This document shows, in pieces, positions 37,156-54,059 of a DNA stretch of 64,000 nucleotides (within the stretch, counting starts at the first letter, position 1; each line of letters starts with the position of its first letter). A program made the translations under genes and the position numbers. The notes beneath the pieces were generated by a model. It saw only the letters and a program-made list of their open reading frames with translations. It did no database searches and was not told the origin of the DNA. The stretch lies in NCBI RefSeq assembly GCF_009914755.1, contig NC_060932.1; one strand, 5' to 3'. This stretch comes from the human T2T-CHM13v2.0 reference genome, Homo sapiens.

Positions 37156-40100
37156 CTATAGTGCTTGGCACATAATATATGATATACAAATATTAGCAGG
37201 TATTAACATTATTATTACTTGGTCCCACAGGATATTCATTAACTAAGTATAGCCCCCCCACCCCATTTTCTCCCAGAGAAGATTTAAAGGGACTTACCAA
37301 GACACAAACTAAACAACAGTTAGTAAATTTGAGAGACAGTAAAAAAGAATCACATTAAACAAAAAGAAAATGAAATTTTAGTGCATGCCCTAGAAATACC
37401 CATAACTAATTCTTCAAATTTTAATTATTGCATCAACTTTGTATTACTCTGTATACCTAAAGTAAATGAAACTGGCTAGTTGTTCACCCAGTCTTTTCTG
37501 TCTTCTTTCAGGGCACTTCTTCACCTGACCCAGCAAACCCTTCCCTTCTGTCCTCCACTCTTTCTTTCTAGGGCCCCAGGCTGCAGGTTGGCAACTACAA
37601 TGATCTTGCATGATGTTAGAGCCCATGACCACCTGGGTCCTTAAAGGCATGGAGCTAATCTTCCTACCGGTCCCCTACACGCTGTATTTATCCTGATTTT
37701 AGCAGAATAATACATAGACTTCTTCTGTAGTAATTTGAGCTCCCTGAAATAAACTATGGTGTAATTGAATCTTGCACTTATTTAATTCTTCTGTAGTATG
37801 AGTGTTAACATGAAGTTTAGTATGCCAGTGATCTGCTTTAAAGTTTCACCCACACGCAGTTCTATAGCAAGAGTCAAAGTGAACTATATCAAGACAGGTA
37901 TATATAAAAAATGCCATTCTTTTTCAGGGCACCATGCATATCCAAATGGTATCCTTCTATAAGGTATGAACACAGCTAGTTCCTTTCTGTCAGAATAAAA
38001 AACTACAGAATTGTTGTGGAAGTTAAATGAATGGGTTCTCTCTTCAAACTTTAGAAATGCATTCAAATCTTACCATTTACCAGCTGTATTACCTTGGGGC
38101 AGCCACTGAACATTTCCAAGGATCAGGTTTCTTCTTTAGGAAATGGGGATAGAGCTGTGAAGATTAAATGAAATGAATGCATTGGAAAGTGCTCCTCACG
38201 ATGCCTAGCACCTAGTCAACGCTATTTTTGTTATTTTTTTATAGATCAGGAATGAAGAGGAGAAGAATAGATTAGTACCTTGTGTCAAAGACCCTTCCTA
38301 AGTTGGAGAGACTGCACCTCATGCCAGAATCATACGGCAAGATGGAAGTTAGTTATATGCTAGGCATGAAGGGAATGCCTTTGTAGGAGAAATGAGAAAA
38401 AAGAGGAAGGAAAACTTTGTCTTTCTATATGCAGACACTTGCATAACATTTCCTCCTTGAGTTCTTGAATCCCAATGAGAGAAATGAGCGTATGTTTGGG
38501 AAGAAGGCTCATGAATTAATATTTTTCCCAATGGAGAAGCTCACAGAAACTTTGAAGTGTTTATTAAAGAGTTGATAATGAGGAGAAAACTTTTTGAAAA
38601 TCATATTAAAAAGTACCTCCCAAACTGCTTCAATAATTTAACCTTGGAATCACAAGACTCTACTGGAATAGAAAGAACACATTTTTCTCTTCCCCCAGCT
38701 GTCCCGGGTGTATCGCATGCATGCTGATAACTCTGATGGCCTCTTGCTAGGAGTTGGCAGTGGAATGATACCCTTTTGTGACCAATCGAATAATTACTGA
38801 AGTTGAAATTTGTAATCCTGATATCAAATATTTCATAATGACATCAATTTAAACTTAATACTGCTCTTATCTTTTGACAAAAATAAGGTTTAATATGTTT
38901 TTCTCCTACAGGGGGTGAAATAAGGAAAGACTTTATTATACAAGATAATTAAAATTCTTCCTGAGGTTAAAAGTGATTTAAAAAGAATCACAACATGAGA
39001 TAATTAGGCCTTATTAGACACTTTATCTGCTTCACTGAAGTCACTTTTTCCAGGATGATAAAATGTGCCTTTGTCTTTTTTTAGAAAGCTGGATACCAAA
39101 TTTGGGGAAAAAAATGATCTTTCCTCCTCCTCTTAGACTCAGCACATGACTGTGTGAATGGATTTGTGGAAATAATTTAATGACAGGGTTACAATTTCCA
39201 AAAGCTAGACCTTTATAGAATGTGATGGTTTTCAAGTACTTATTCATTTTTCTAGTGGAATTACATTTTACCCTCTATTTTTAGTTGGTTAACAGAAAAT
39301 GATATGAATTTGTGTTTTCTGATTTTTTTTTTCTCCTGACAGGCAGAATAATAACAGATTAGTTTTGGGATAGTTATCAAAATCCTTTTGTTACTTGACA
39401 GACTCGTTTATACTTTCTTATGCCATAATAGGTAAGGCAAAGAATGTCAGTGTTTGTGTTTTTAATGTCTAATGAACATACAATAACCGTGCAGTAGTGG
39501 ATGGTATTTTTTAGATGAAAAGTGGTTCAGGCATTTAAAGCACATGATGTTTTTGTAAGAGGAAATAGGTACCCTAGGAGCATGGGAGTTTTGCCAGAGT
39601 TCTAAACTGTATCCCTACATGAGGTCTGATATTGCTTTTCTATTCTGCTTTTAGGCTCAGTGATGATGATGCTATGACTGCTGCCCTCTGCTAATGGCTC
39701 TTTGGGCTTCCAGTGGGTATTTTCTTTTTCTTAACAATGTTCAAAGCAACTAACAATAAATGAATGAAGTACTGGCTTGTGCCCTTAAGTTGGTATCCAA
39801 CTTATTTTTATCTATTGACCAGTGGATAAAAGGAAATTGTTATACTTTGCCTTTAAGAAAACATTTCGGTTTTATTGACAATGACTTGTTTTATAGGTTT
39901 TTATCAGATCTTTCTGAGTGACCCTTTCCTTCAAGAAAAGGCTACGGATAGATCAGTGCAGCAGGGTGAGGTAAAATATACAGGTCTCTTTGAATGAAAG
40001 CTAGAAATATAGAATTGTTAAGTAAATGTCTTTTTCAAGGTGACATCTCTAGAAGAAAAATAGTATGCTTCGATAGAAAAATAGCTTCTGTCATACTATT

Positions 40101-40464
40101 GTGGGGTCTATTGTAAATGATATAAAGAAAATTGTTGCTTTAAAGAGAAACTTAAACAGTAAAACAAGAATGGAATGGAGCCAAAATTGTGAGCATAAAT
40201 GGATTTACATCAAAAGTATCCGTTAAGTGAGGTTTTCAGCATTCACATGTAAGAGTACTGCTGCTTTTCAGAGTAGCAGTGCTGTATACACTTGCCTCTC
40301 CGTCAAGCTGGTAGGTCCTGTCAGGAAGAGTATGACACCTTCAGGGTCCTGGCGATGCATAGGAGTTAATAAAAAATGCACAGCACAAATACGGCTTAAG
40401 CAACGATTACAAAGCCAGTATGCATATAGCCACTACCTAAGTAAAGAAATAGAACATTGTCAGC

Positions 40465-43085
<2,621 letters not shown>

Positions 43086-43109
43086 ATATTAATTAACAAT
43101 ATTAGTATT

Positions 43110-43495
43110 ATATATGTATACTATATTTATGCAGAGAAAGAGAGAGAGAGAAATTTATTTCCAGGAATTTGCTCATGCAATTGTGGGAACTGGCAAGTCT
43201 GAAAACTTTAAGGCAGGGCAGCAGGCTGGAAATTCTGAGGTAGGAGTTGATGCTACAATCTTGAGGCAGAATTTTTTCTTCCTTAGGGAAACCTCAGTTT
43301 TGCTTTTAGGGCCTTTCAACTGTTTAGATGAGATCCCCCACATTATTGACAATAACCTCCTTTACTCAAAGGCAACTGATTGTAGATGTTACCCACAACT
43401 ACAAAATACCTTCCCAACAACATGTAGATTAGTGTTTGTTTGAGTAACTGGGTACTATAGCCTAGCCAGGTTGACACATACAACTAACCATCACA
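43110..43495 (-). mobile_element. MLT2-type (ERVL) LTR
   Basis: gagagagaaatttatttccaggaatttgctcatgcaattgtgggaactggcaagtctgaaa...gcctagccaggttgacacatacaactaaccatcaca. Confidence 0.75.
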
Positions 43496-46400
43496 GACTT
43501 CATTTAAACATTTATTATAAAGCTTTTAATATATTCAATATGTCTTACCATCTTTTCTCTAGTTTTTATTCTTTTGTCTCTATATTAAATTGTGGATTTT
43601 TTTTCTCATGTACCTTCAAAGGTACTAATTCTCTTTTCACCTGTATCTAGTCTACTGTTACATTCATCTACTGTTAAAAATACTCTGTCACTAAAGCTTG
43701 TCTTTTACTTTTTTTTTAACCACAGAAAACCTAGTTATTTTATAGTATATAACTGTTATTTCTAATATCTCAAGTTCTTGTTGGTCTTTCTGTTTTCCCT
43801 TGTTTCTGTGGGTATGTTTTAGTTTATCTTCCATCTTTGTATTTGTGTTGTCTGTATGGTTGCCTTTCTGAGCTGGATATTGTGTTTAAAGAACTATTTG
43901 TAGAGCTAATTTGAGGACAAGAATGAGGGTATCTTCCTCCTTAGGTGATTTGTATTTGCCTCCCAGGTGCGTGGATGTGCTGGCCTTTCAAGATAACTTT
44001 AATCCATGTTTAAGGATTGAAATATCCTGGGCTATCCAGATGAAAGAAGACATTCTAAAACTCTTTCAATGCTAGTTTTAATCTGTTAACATTTACTACT
44101 GGGATGGATACAGCTTTTAGGAGCCTTGGCTCAAAGTAGGTTGGGAGGTTATTTACCAAGGTTACTATCCTGGCAGATCAAGACCTTGACTTTTCACCTT
44201 TAGTCCTAGAAGTTTACCAAAAATCCATCAGAATCCCTTAGGCTCCCCTTTTTAATCAGCAAAAGTGGCCTTGAGTGCATTTCTCACCTTGCTGTGTTCT
44301 TAGCATGCTGGGTCACCACCTGGCAGTTCCTTAATATGTTGTTAGTTCTTGGATTCAGTTTTTTTCAGCGTCCTCAGAAGGAAGGATGGTCTGAGTTTCC
44401 CAGGTCGTTATTATAGAAAGTAGATGCCCCCTTATTTTTTCATTTTTGATGTAAATGATATCTTATTTGGCTTCTTAACTGGAACGTTAAACAAGTAGTA
44501 ATTTGCTTACCAAAAGACTAATTACCTATGAATAAGTACTTTCTGATTTTACCAAACAGTTTTCCTATGTATATTAATTAAATAATATGGAAAAGATGAG
44601 TTGGAGTAAAGATAATAGACTTACATGAGAAACTGATAAGTCTTTTCTAGTTGTAGAGAGTTTGGTCACTGGCTTGATCTTTTCACCCTAATTCATTGTT
44701 TTCTTTTCACCCAACTTGTTCCCTTTCTGTCCTCTTTTATCATCTTCATGCTCTTGTTGCAAGGGCCTTACAGACTCAGATGACTCATCTAATCCCTTTC
44801 TCATTCATCTTCACTTTACAGGCTCATTCATACTGACAAGGCTGAGGGAACTTTCATGTCACCTATATGTGGACCCTGTAAGCAGTCACTTTTCAGGTCA
44901 TCTTCTTTGTAGTGTGCCTCAGAGGCTCTAGGCATGTATACTTTCTTTAGTGTTTTATAATGCTAATGTATATTGCTCATCTCTCAATTCTTGACTCATA
45001 CTCTACTTCTCCATTGGAACCATTTTCCTGTTTTGAGGCCTGGTCTCGTGACTAGTCCTCTTGGTATCTGGATAGAGCATTTCCCTTCAATTACACTTGC
45101 TGCTTGGTGTCATGCAAGGAGTGAACTGAGTTCTTAGACACATGGCCTCACTTCTGCTTGCAACATTCTATTGCTTTGTCCTACCTCAGAGACTGAATTT
45201 CTATGGCCATTGGAGTTCTTCTATACCAAGCCAATGTGTACCATACCTCTTTGGATCTTCTAGTTTGGACTGCTGTGTTCCTGCCCCTCTCTCATTGGAA
45301 CTACCTGTCTTCACTTAGTCTATTTCCTACCATCCTGAGCCATTAAGGGCCCAGGAAGCCCACCTTTGTGTTATTTTTTCCATCTTAGGCTTGAAATACC
45401 AGTGGCAACTATGGCTTTATTGACACAGGTATTTTTGCACTCTATTTAATTTTTTCCTTTTTGCCATTTACCTCTTGCAACTTTTCTATTTCCTATGGTT
45501 ACATTCCTTATCTTGCACCACACTGTTGATTTTGATGTTTTCCCTGCTATTCATTAATTGCAATTTAAGTTATATTTACGTTATGTCTGTTCTCTGCATA
45601 TTCCTATTTTCTGTTGTTCTTTCCTGCTGTGCTTTGGCCATATATTCCTTGAGAACAGATGACTTGCACGGCTAAGGTGTTATGCACTGGCCACCTTAGG
45701 CTTGGTTTATTTGAGCTTCTAACTTCCCTGTCATGTAGTTGTTACCAGGAATTTTCTTAGGAAAAAATTGGCCACCAGGGGGACTCTCCTTTCTGGAAAC
45801 AGTTCTGTATCTGGATATCAGCAACATTCTCATTTTAGAACGGCCACCCCTATTGCTGTATCATAGGATTGAAAGAAATATTTGTAATGGGACTCAATAC
45901 TAACAGAAGAGATCTTTTTTTGTTTAACATTGTTTAAAACAAGCATATAAATAACCAAAACAAAACTCTACTAATCACCCTGTGTTCTGGAAGCCGTCAT
46001 TAAACTAGACGTTTTGGAGTGGAGGGGTATCTTTTGCAGTAATATGAGGAAGCTAAGCATAGAGATTACACTAAAAAAATATTATTTTGGATCATTGACA
46101 TCTGTGAGAAGCTTGTACAGTGCTGTTACTCATCTCATAAAGCATGTCTCAAAATGAAAAAAAAGGGGGAGAAGAACTAAAAACAATGAAAACATTTTTA
46201 TTTAAAAATTCTGCCTCACCCACATAATGCAGTTTGTCCTGTCAGAATTAGTTGCTTAGAGCCACAAAGAGCAATGGGAGAATTTTCTCTTTCATTTAAA
46301 TTTGCATCCTCACTGCCAAACAAGTTGAACAATGATTCACATGAGAATGATTTTTCTTAGTATTTATAACTCAGTCCATAATGACTCATTGGGCAATTTG

Positions 46401-46749
46401 CAGACAAGAACATATTTAACAAGAGTCTCACTGACCTGTTAGAAAAGGTCTCTGAAAGGTAAAAATTGAGGGTAAAGAAGAAAAATTTCCACAGAGAACT
46501 TGATACAGTTTTGATATCATCAAGAATTACTGTTGTGAGATTGCTTTCCCTTTTAGATGAGAAAGAACTTAATTACTTTCAGGGTGTGAAACAGACAGGA
46601 AGGTCACGATTACCACCTACGATTACAGGCACCTACACACTATTTCATGGAGTAATGAAATAAATGAAGAATTTACCACAAATGGATACACATGTGCTAA
46701 TAAAAATCACCAATACCATAAAAGGCAATGAAAGTGACATTAAACATGG

Positions 46750-47450
46750 ACAAAAGAAATAACACCTAATAGAAATAATTGGAAAGTATTGCTGTCTCTA
46801 AGAAGTTTCTTCCAGAAAAAGTTAATGAACTGATTTTGGAAACACAGTTAAGAACATCTGGTTGAGGGTAAATTGAGAAGGAAACAGATGTGATGTCACT
46901 ACTGTGGATGACTGGACAGTGAGAGGAGGGAAGGATGCATTCCTCATACAGATTATAAAACAGGTGCAGGAATATGATCTGGTTGTGATAGGAAACTTGA
47001 ACTATCCAGACATCTGCTGGAAGCCTTATTTTGCTAAAAGCAGGGCTTTGATAAATGCTTCAATTGCCTTGATGAGACTTTGTTCTCCAAGAAGAGAGAA
47101 GTTGTAATATGTAGAACATTGAAGCTAATTCTTACTAGTAAGGAAGAACTCACTGGTGATGCAGAAGTAATGGAAGACATCTCAGATTTCATAATAAGAA
47201 AGATATAAGATAATTCCCAGAATAATCAGACATATAGATTTTTGTTGAAAAAACCCAAATCAAAACAAAATCGAAGAAAAGTATAGCTGATTGGCAGGTG
47301 TTTATGGGGGAGAATGTGGCTTAAGATAGGTAGAAGGCTCCAAACATAGAAATTCAGAAAACAAAATATAGCCCCAATGTACTTGAAAATGTAGAGATAT
47401 AAAAAGACATCAATGTAGCTGCATGAAATGCTGTCTGCTGAGGTCTAGTT
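46750..47450 (+). mobile_element. CR1/L3 LINE ORF2 (APE endonuclease) fossil
   Basis: DLVVIGNLNYPDICWK resembles CR1 LVxMGDFNyPDICW; LILTSKEELTGDAEVM at 47125 resembles LILTNKEELV; boundaries approximate. Confidence 0.7.
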
Positions 47451-47810
47451 TTGTAAGAAATCCACTAATATTGCTTTAATATTAGACTTCAATATCAAAA
47501 AGGCATAAAAGATGATAGGAAAACTAAAATCTAGAATTTTCACAGGCATAAGATGACTGCTTGAGAAACAGAAAGGAACTAAAGCTGGGCTGAAGCAGTT
47601 CAAGGAGGGTGGGAAAGTTGGCTCGCAAGCTGACCCTGTTTAGCATCATTTCCTAAATATTATAGGCGGAAGAACATCTCCTTCAAGGAGCACCATTCAC
47701 TAGACTTACAGGCTTCATCTCTTTTATTTGGGTTTATAAATATGCTGGAATTTTGTGGTGGTAATTTGGACAGGGACAAGAAAATATCAAGTTATGGATA
47801 AGTATTACTT

Positions 47811-48283
47811 TGTATAGTCACTGGATAAGGTGCTATAACCACCGGATCTGTCTTATCTGGTCATATTCTGTTGATAACAGAATGCCCAGTTATTTTGCAA
47901 GCACAGAGCTAAAAAGTTGTAAATTTAACAGTAAGAGTATGGACAGGAAACTTTGACCTCTTTTAAAAGCAAGGGCTCTGTTTTGTAGGAATGTCTGGTG
48001 AGTAGAACCCTCCCCATACCTTACCATAAATAGTCTTTGAAGTTCTTGTAATCAAAACCTGCTCTGCCAGTGCATCTGTATAGCAACCTGTACAGGTTAA
48101 CCCATAAAACTTCCCTAACCCATACAACTTGCCCCAAACCCTAGATAAGAGAGATGTATTTGAGCATCACCTCCTGTTTCCTTGCTGGTCAATCTCACAA
48201 TAAGGCCTTTATTTTCTCAGAAACCGGTACCATAGTATTGGTTTCTATGTGCATCAGGCAGTGAACCCTTTTGCTTGGTAATA
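47811..48283 (+). mobile_element. Probable ERV1-class solo LTR (MER34/LTR29-like group)
   Basis: 3' end ccatagtattggtttctatgtgcatcaggcagtgaaccc...ggtaata is LTR-like; 5' boundary uncertain. Confidence 0.45.
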
Positions 48284-48751
48284 GTGCTGGCTGCTGACCA
48301 AGGGATGCCCTTCATTGGCCACAGGTGCTTAGGAGAGCTGGCATAGGATAAGGCTGGGTTGTGCTCACCTTTGAGAAGGTCAGATAGTTTGTGGACCACG
48401 GCTCATGATCCTGGTTCATTTAACTCCTGGTTCCTCAAGCAATGTGTCATAGTAACAAGAACCTTTGCTGAAGCATTTCTGTCCCAGTTGTCTCATGCCC
48501 TCTAAGGACTCTTCAATCTCTCTCTCTCTCTCTCTTTTTTTCTCAACTTCTCTCACCCCACTCTATCCCAATGAGGGAAAATTGTTCTTAGACTTGGGGG
48601 ATATTCCTTTCTCTTCAAACCCTATTGTCTACACAAGCTACCCACAAACCTTGCCTGAATCAAGGAAGTAAACTGAGAAATGGTAAGGAGAAAACACATG
48701 GGAGAAAACACACTTTTTTCCCTAAAAATTATTTTGCCTCAATATTAAAAA

Positions 48752-49235
48752 AATTAAACTTATTTTGAGATAATTTTAGATTCACATGCAGTTGTAAGAA
48801 ATAATAGAGATCCAGTATACCCTTTACTGAAATTCCTCTAATGATAGGTAACATCTTGAAAGCTATATTATAATATCACAACCAGGAAAAAAACATTGAT
48901 ATAACCCAACAATCTTCATTTTGATTTTTCCAATTTTTCTTGTATTAATGTGCGTGTGTTTAGTTATATACAATTTTATCACATATGAAGGTTCCTGGGG
49001 TCACCACCGCAGTCAAGGTGCCCAACAGTTCTATCACCAAGGAATTCCTCCATTTTGCCCTCTCACCACCATTACCACTTCCCTTCAGTGCCCTCTTAAG
49101 AGGCCCGGGAAGCCATTCATCTCTTCTCCATTGCCAAAATTTTGTATTTTCCTGTCTTTTCAAAAATGTCACACAAATGAAATCATTTAGTGTGTAATCT
49201 TTTGGGATTGGCTTTTCTGTTTCCTCAGCAATTCA
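48752..49235 (-). mobile_element. L1MC/MD-like 3' fragment
   Basis: ttttgagataattttagattcacatgcagttgtaagaaataatagaga...ttttgggattggctttt. Confidence 0.7.
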
Positions 49236-50834
49236 GCATGTTTTAAGAATTAAGAGAAAGGAGATAACCTCTATATTAGAGAGAGATGATCACAGAAAGA
49301 CAGACATGCACATTCTCATTGGCTTGCTTGCTTTATTGAAAGTAATATTCAAAGTGGAAAGGCTAGAATAGACCACATGTTGCCAAATGTATATGACGAG
49401 TTCCAACCTGTATTCTAAGCTCCAGATACAGATTTTCACTTCCTTCTGGAAAGTTCCACATGAATCACTTGAAGAAAACTAAAATGCAATGTGTTCAAAA
49501 TCAAATGTGTCATACATAATCCTTTCCCCACAAAAACATCCATCCTCTGCTCCACTTGTACTTCCTGCCTTAACTAAAGCTGCTCAAATCTCTAAATTCA
49601 CCAATCTTATCTTACTCCTGCCACCCACTCCACCTCACTTCATAGTCTCATTTTCATCAGCACCTTAATTTTTCCCGACCATAAATACCTCAGCATTGTG
49701 CTTCTCTCCATTTACATTGTCTTTTTTTTTTTTAGGTAAGACCCTCACCTTCTCTCATCTAAATGATTGCAAGGCATCTTAACTGCTCTTTCATCCCTTT
49801 CCCTTCAACATCTCATTACCCCCACTGTTGTGATTATCCTTCTAAAAAAACGACCAGATCATATAATTCCTCTAATATTGATTATATTTAGTGCAATCTG
49901 TAAAGAAAGCAGACTGTTTCCTAATGTCATATTTCCCACAGAGGCCAATCCTAGAGTTTGCAACTCCATGGCTCCTTTCAGCAGTCATATTTCTAAGCCT
50001 ACATAAGAAACACATTTGAAGTCCTGCCCTATCTACATCATGCTTTGAAACTGCAGCAACCAGTAAGGATAGAAAAAAGAGAAATAAGTAATTTCTTGTA
50101 ATAGGTGAGGGAAAGTATTACTCTAGTGGTAAAGAGCTCACTATGAGCTCGGTCCCTGATGTATCTTCCATGGGGGCAAATTTCAAAAGGCCTGCCTTGT
50201 CCTCAGCCTTCCTCCTACTCTCCATCATCTGCTGAAGGCTCTTTTCCCAGGTGGTCTTTGGGCATTTCTGGCTATTTCCTGTACCCACAGTGTCCAGTTC
50301 CCTCTATCCCCTTAATCCTACCCAAATTTTATTGAACCGGAACTTCCCCAAGGGCAGGCAATCACCCTCAGGAATTTGATCTAGAGGAGAGGGAATCAGT
50401 AGTACGAGTACACGTGGAAAGATATACCCAGGAAGAATAAAAGACAGAGAGAGAGCTGAGCCATGCCAACTGATGAACATCAGTGCAGTGAACATAACAA
50501 AGTACAGCTGGAAAGCACTGAGATAAGCTGGCTTTTGGAGTTGTTGGATCAAAATCATCCATTTTGTCCCTAAATTGGATTCCCTCCCCAAGAGGCCTGT
50601 CTGCATGTCTGTTTCTAGATACTGAGAGATCCCTGTTTCCATTGCTAGTTAGCATAAATACCAGGTTAACTATGCATGAGGTAACTTGAATGAACCTCTC
50701 TGTTCCTTGTGGCAAGCAGGAAATTTTTTTAAAAAATTGTCTTTGGATAATTAATATTACTCTCTAAAAATAACTGGGTGAGGTTGCCCAATTAAAAAAT
50801 AGGGACATGTTGGCTTTTCTGATGCAAAAAAGTA

Positions 50835-51196
50835 CCGTAGTCCTCCCTTATTTGTGGGGGCTATGTTCCAAGACCCCGAGTAAATGCCTGCAGCTGTGCT
50901 TGGTACTGAACCCTATATATACTATGTTTGCTCAATCTGATAACAGAGATGAACTATAAATGACTAATGGGCAGATAGGGTCTACAATATGGAGATGTTG
51001 TACAAAGAGCTGATTCATGTCCCAGGCAGGATAAAATGAGATGGCATGAGATTTCATCATGGTGCTCATATAGTACACAATTTAAAACTTATGAATTGTT
51101 TATTTCTAGAATTTTCTATTTAATATTTTTGGATGGCATTTGACCATAGGTAACTGAAACCAAGGAAAGTCGAACAACAAATAAGGGGAGATACCA
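50835..51196. mobile_element. Tigger2-derived non-autonomous DNA transposon
   Basis: gtagtcctcccttat...gttccaagacccc...gtactgaaccctatatatactatg; 3' TIR ataaggggagatac. Confidence 0.75.
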
Positions 51197-51250
51197 TACG
51201 GGGAATTGGCCGAGTAGGGATTCTAGAGCAGACGGAAGTTAATGTTTTCT

Positions 51251-54059
51251 GCTTCTTGCTGGCAAGATGGCCAAATAAGAACAACTCTGGTGTGCAGCTC
51301 CCAGCGAGATTGACGCAGAAGGTGGGTGATTTCTGCATTTCCAACTGAGGTACCAAGTTCATCTCACTGGGACTGGTTGGAAGGTGGGTACAGCCCACGG
51401 AGGGTGAGCTGAAGCAGGGTGGGGCGTCACCTCACCTGGGAAGCACAGAGGGTCGGAGATTTCCTGTTCCTAGCCAAGGGAAGCTGTGAGAGACTGTACC
51501 AGGAGGAACAGTACACTTTGGCCCAGATACTGTGCTTTTCCCATGGTCTTCATAACCAGCAGACCAGAAGATTCCCGCCGGTGACTGGCTTGGAGGTCCT
51601 ACCCCCATGGTGCCCAGCAAGCTGAGATCCACTGGCTTGAAGTTCTCACTGCTAGCACAGCAGTCTGAGGTTGACCTGGGGCACTCAAGCTTGGTGGGGG
51701 GAGGGGTGTCTGCTATTGCTGAGGCTTGAGTAGGCAGTCTTACCCTTCCAGTGTAAACAAAGCCGGGGAGAAGTTCGAACTGGGTAGAACCCACGACAGC
51801 TCAGCAAGGCCACTGCGGCCAGACTGCCTCTCTAGGCAGGGCATCTCTGAAAAAAAGATAGCAGCCCCAGTCAGGGACTTATAGATAAAACCCCCATCTC
51901 CCTGGGACAGAGCACCTGAGGGAAGAGTGCAGCTGTGGGCGCAGCTTCAGCAGACTTAAATGTCCCTGCCGGACAGCTCTTAAGAGAGCAGTGGGTCTCC
52001 CAGCACAGTGTTCAAGCTCTGATAAGGGACAGGCTGCCTCCTCAGTTGGGTCCCTGACCCCCGTGTGTCCTGACTGGAAGACACCTCCCAGTAGGGGCTG
52101 ACAGACACCTCATACAGCGTATTTAATTAGGAAAAGAGGAAGTCAAATTTTCTCTGTTTGCAGATGACATGATTGTATATTTCGAAAACCCCATCATTTC
52201 AGCCCAAAATCTCCTTAAACTGATAAGCAACTTCAGCAAAGTCTCAGGATACAAAATCAGCACGCAAAAATCACAAGCATTCCTATACACCAATAACAGA
52301 CAAACAGAGAGCCAAATCATGAGTGAACTCCCATTCGCTATTGCTACAAAGAGAATAAAACACCTAGGAATCCAACTTACAAGGGATGTGAAGGAACTCT
52401 TCAAGGAGAACTACAAACCACAGCTCAACGAAATAAGAGAGGACACAAAGAAATGGAAAAATATTCCATGCTTATGGATAGGAAGAGTCAATATTGTGAA
52501 AATGGCCATACTGCTTAAAGTAATTTATAGATTCAATGCTATTTCCATCAAGCAACCAATGACTTTCTTCACAGAATTGGAAAAAACTACTTTAAAGTTC
52601 ATATGGAACCAAAAAAGAGCCCACATAGCCAAGACAATCCTAAGCAAAAAGAACAAAGCTGGAGGCATCATGCTACCTGACTTCAAACTATACTACAAGG
52701 CTATAGTAACCAAAACAGCATGGTACTGGTACCAAAACAGATATATAGACCAATGGAGCAGAATAGAGGTCTCAGAAATAACACCACACATCTACAACCA
52801 TCTGATCTTTGACAAACCTGACAAAAACAAGCAATGGGGAAAGCACTTCCTATTTAATAAATTGTGTTGGGAAAACTGGCTAGCCATATGCAGAAAGCTG
52901 GAACTGGATCCCTTCCTTATACCTTATACAAAAATTAACTCAAGATGGATTAAAGACTTAAACATAAGACGTAAAATCATAAAATCCCTAGACAAAGACC
53001 TAGGCAATACCATTCAGGACATAGGCATGAGCAAAGACTTCCTGACTAAAACACCAAAAGCAGTGACAACAAAAGCCAAAATTGACAAATGGGATCTAAT
53101 TAAACTAAAGAGCTTCTGCACAGCAAAAGAAACTATCATCAGAGTGAACAGGCAACCTACAGAATGGGAGAAAATTTATTCAAATTAAACAAATTTGGTA
53201 GAAAAAAACAAACAACCCCATCAAAAAGTGGACAAAGGATATAAACAGACACTTCTCAAAAGAAGACATTTATGCAGCCAAAAAACATATGAAAAAATGC
53301 TCATCATCACTGGTCATTAAAGAAATGCAAATCAAAATCTCAATGACCTTCCATCTCACGCTGGTTAGAATGGCAATCATTAAAAAGTCAGGAAACAACA
53401 GATGCTGGAGAGGATGTGGAGAAATAGGAATGCTTCTACACTGTTGGTGGGAGTGTAAATTAGTTCAACCATTGTGGAAGACAGTGTGGCAATTCCTCAA
53501 GGATCTAGAACCAGAAATACAATTTGACCCAGCTGTCCCATTATTGGGTATATACCCACAGGATTATAAATCATTCTACTATAAAGACACATGCACATGT
53601 ATGCTTACTGCAGCACTGTTCACAATTGCAGAGACTTGTTTCCAACCCAAATGCCCATCAATGATAGACTGGATAAAGAAAATGTGGCACATATGCACTA
53701 AGGAATACTATGCAGCCATAAAAAAGGATGAGTTCATGTCCTTTGCAGGGACATGGATGAAGCTGGAAACCATCATTCTCAGCAAACTACCACAAGAACA
53801 GAAAACCAAACACTGCATGTTCTCACTCATAAGTGAGAGGTGAACAACAAGAACACATGGACACAGGGAGGGGAACATCACACCTGGGGCCTGTCAGGGT
53901 TTGGGAGTCTAGGGGAGGGATAGCATTAGGAGAAATACCTAATGTAGATGACGGGTTGATGGGTGCAGCAAACCACCATGGCACATGTATGCCTATGTAA
54001 CAAATCTCCACATTCTGCACATGTACCCCAGAGCTTAAAGTATAATAATAGTAAAAAAA
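51251..54059 (+). mobile_element. L1PA7/8-like LINE-1: full 5'UTR start joined to the 3' half of ORF2, 3'UTR and A tail
   Basis: YY1 motif caagatggcc; junction at ~52117; ORF2 fragments 52169..53188 and 53289..53843 ([18 protein letters not shown]); perfect 16-bp TSD gaagttaatgttttct at 51235-51250 and 54060-54075. Confidence 0.95.

Noticed and set aside
39679-39697. Second CTCF-like motif (tgctgccctctgctaatgg)
   Set aside because: It lacks the conserved CC at the start of the core, so the match is too weak.
52169-53843. 339-aa and 184-aa ORFs as host genes or an active L1
   Set aside because: They are L1 ORF2 fragments. ORF1, the endonuclease and most of the RT are missing and the frame is broken, so the element cannot be autonomous.
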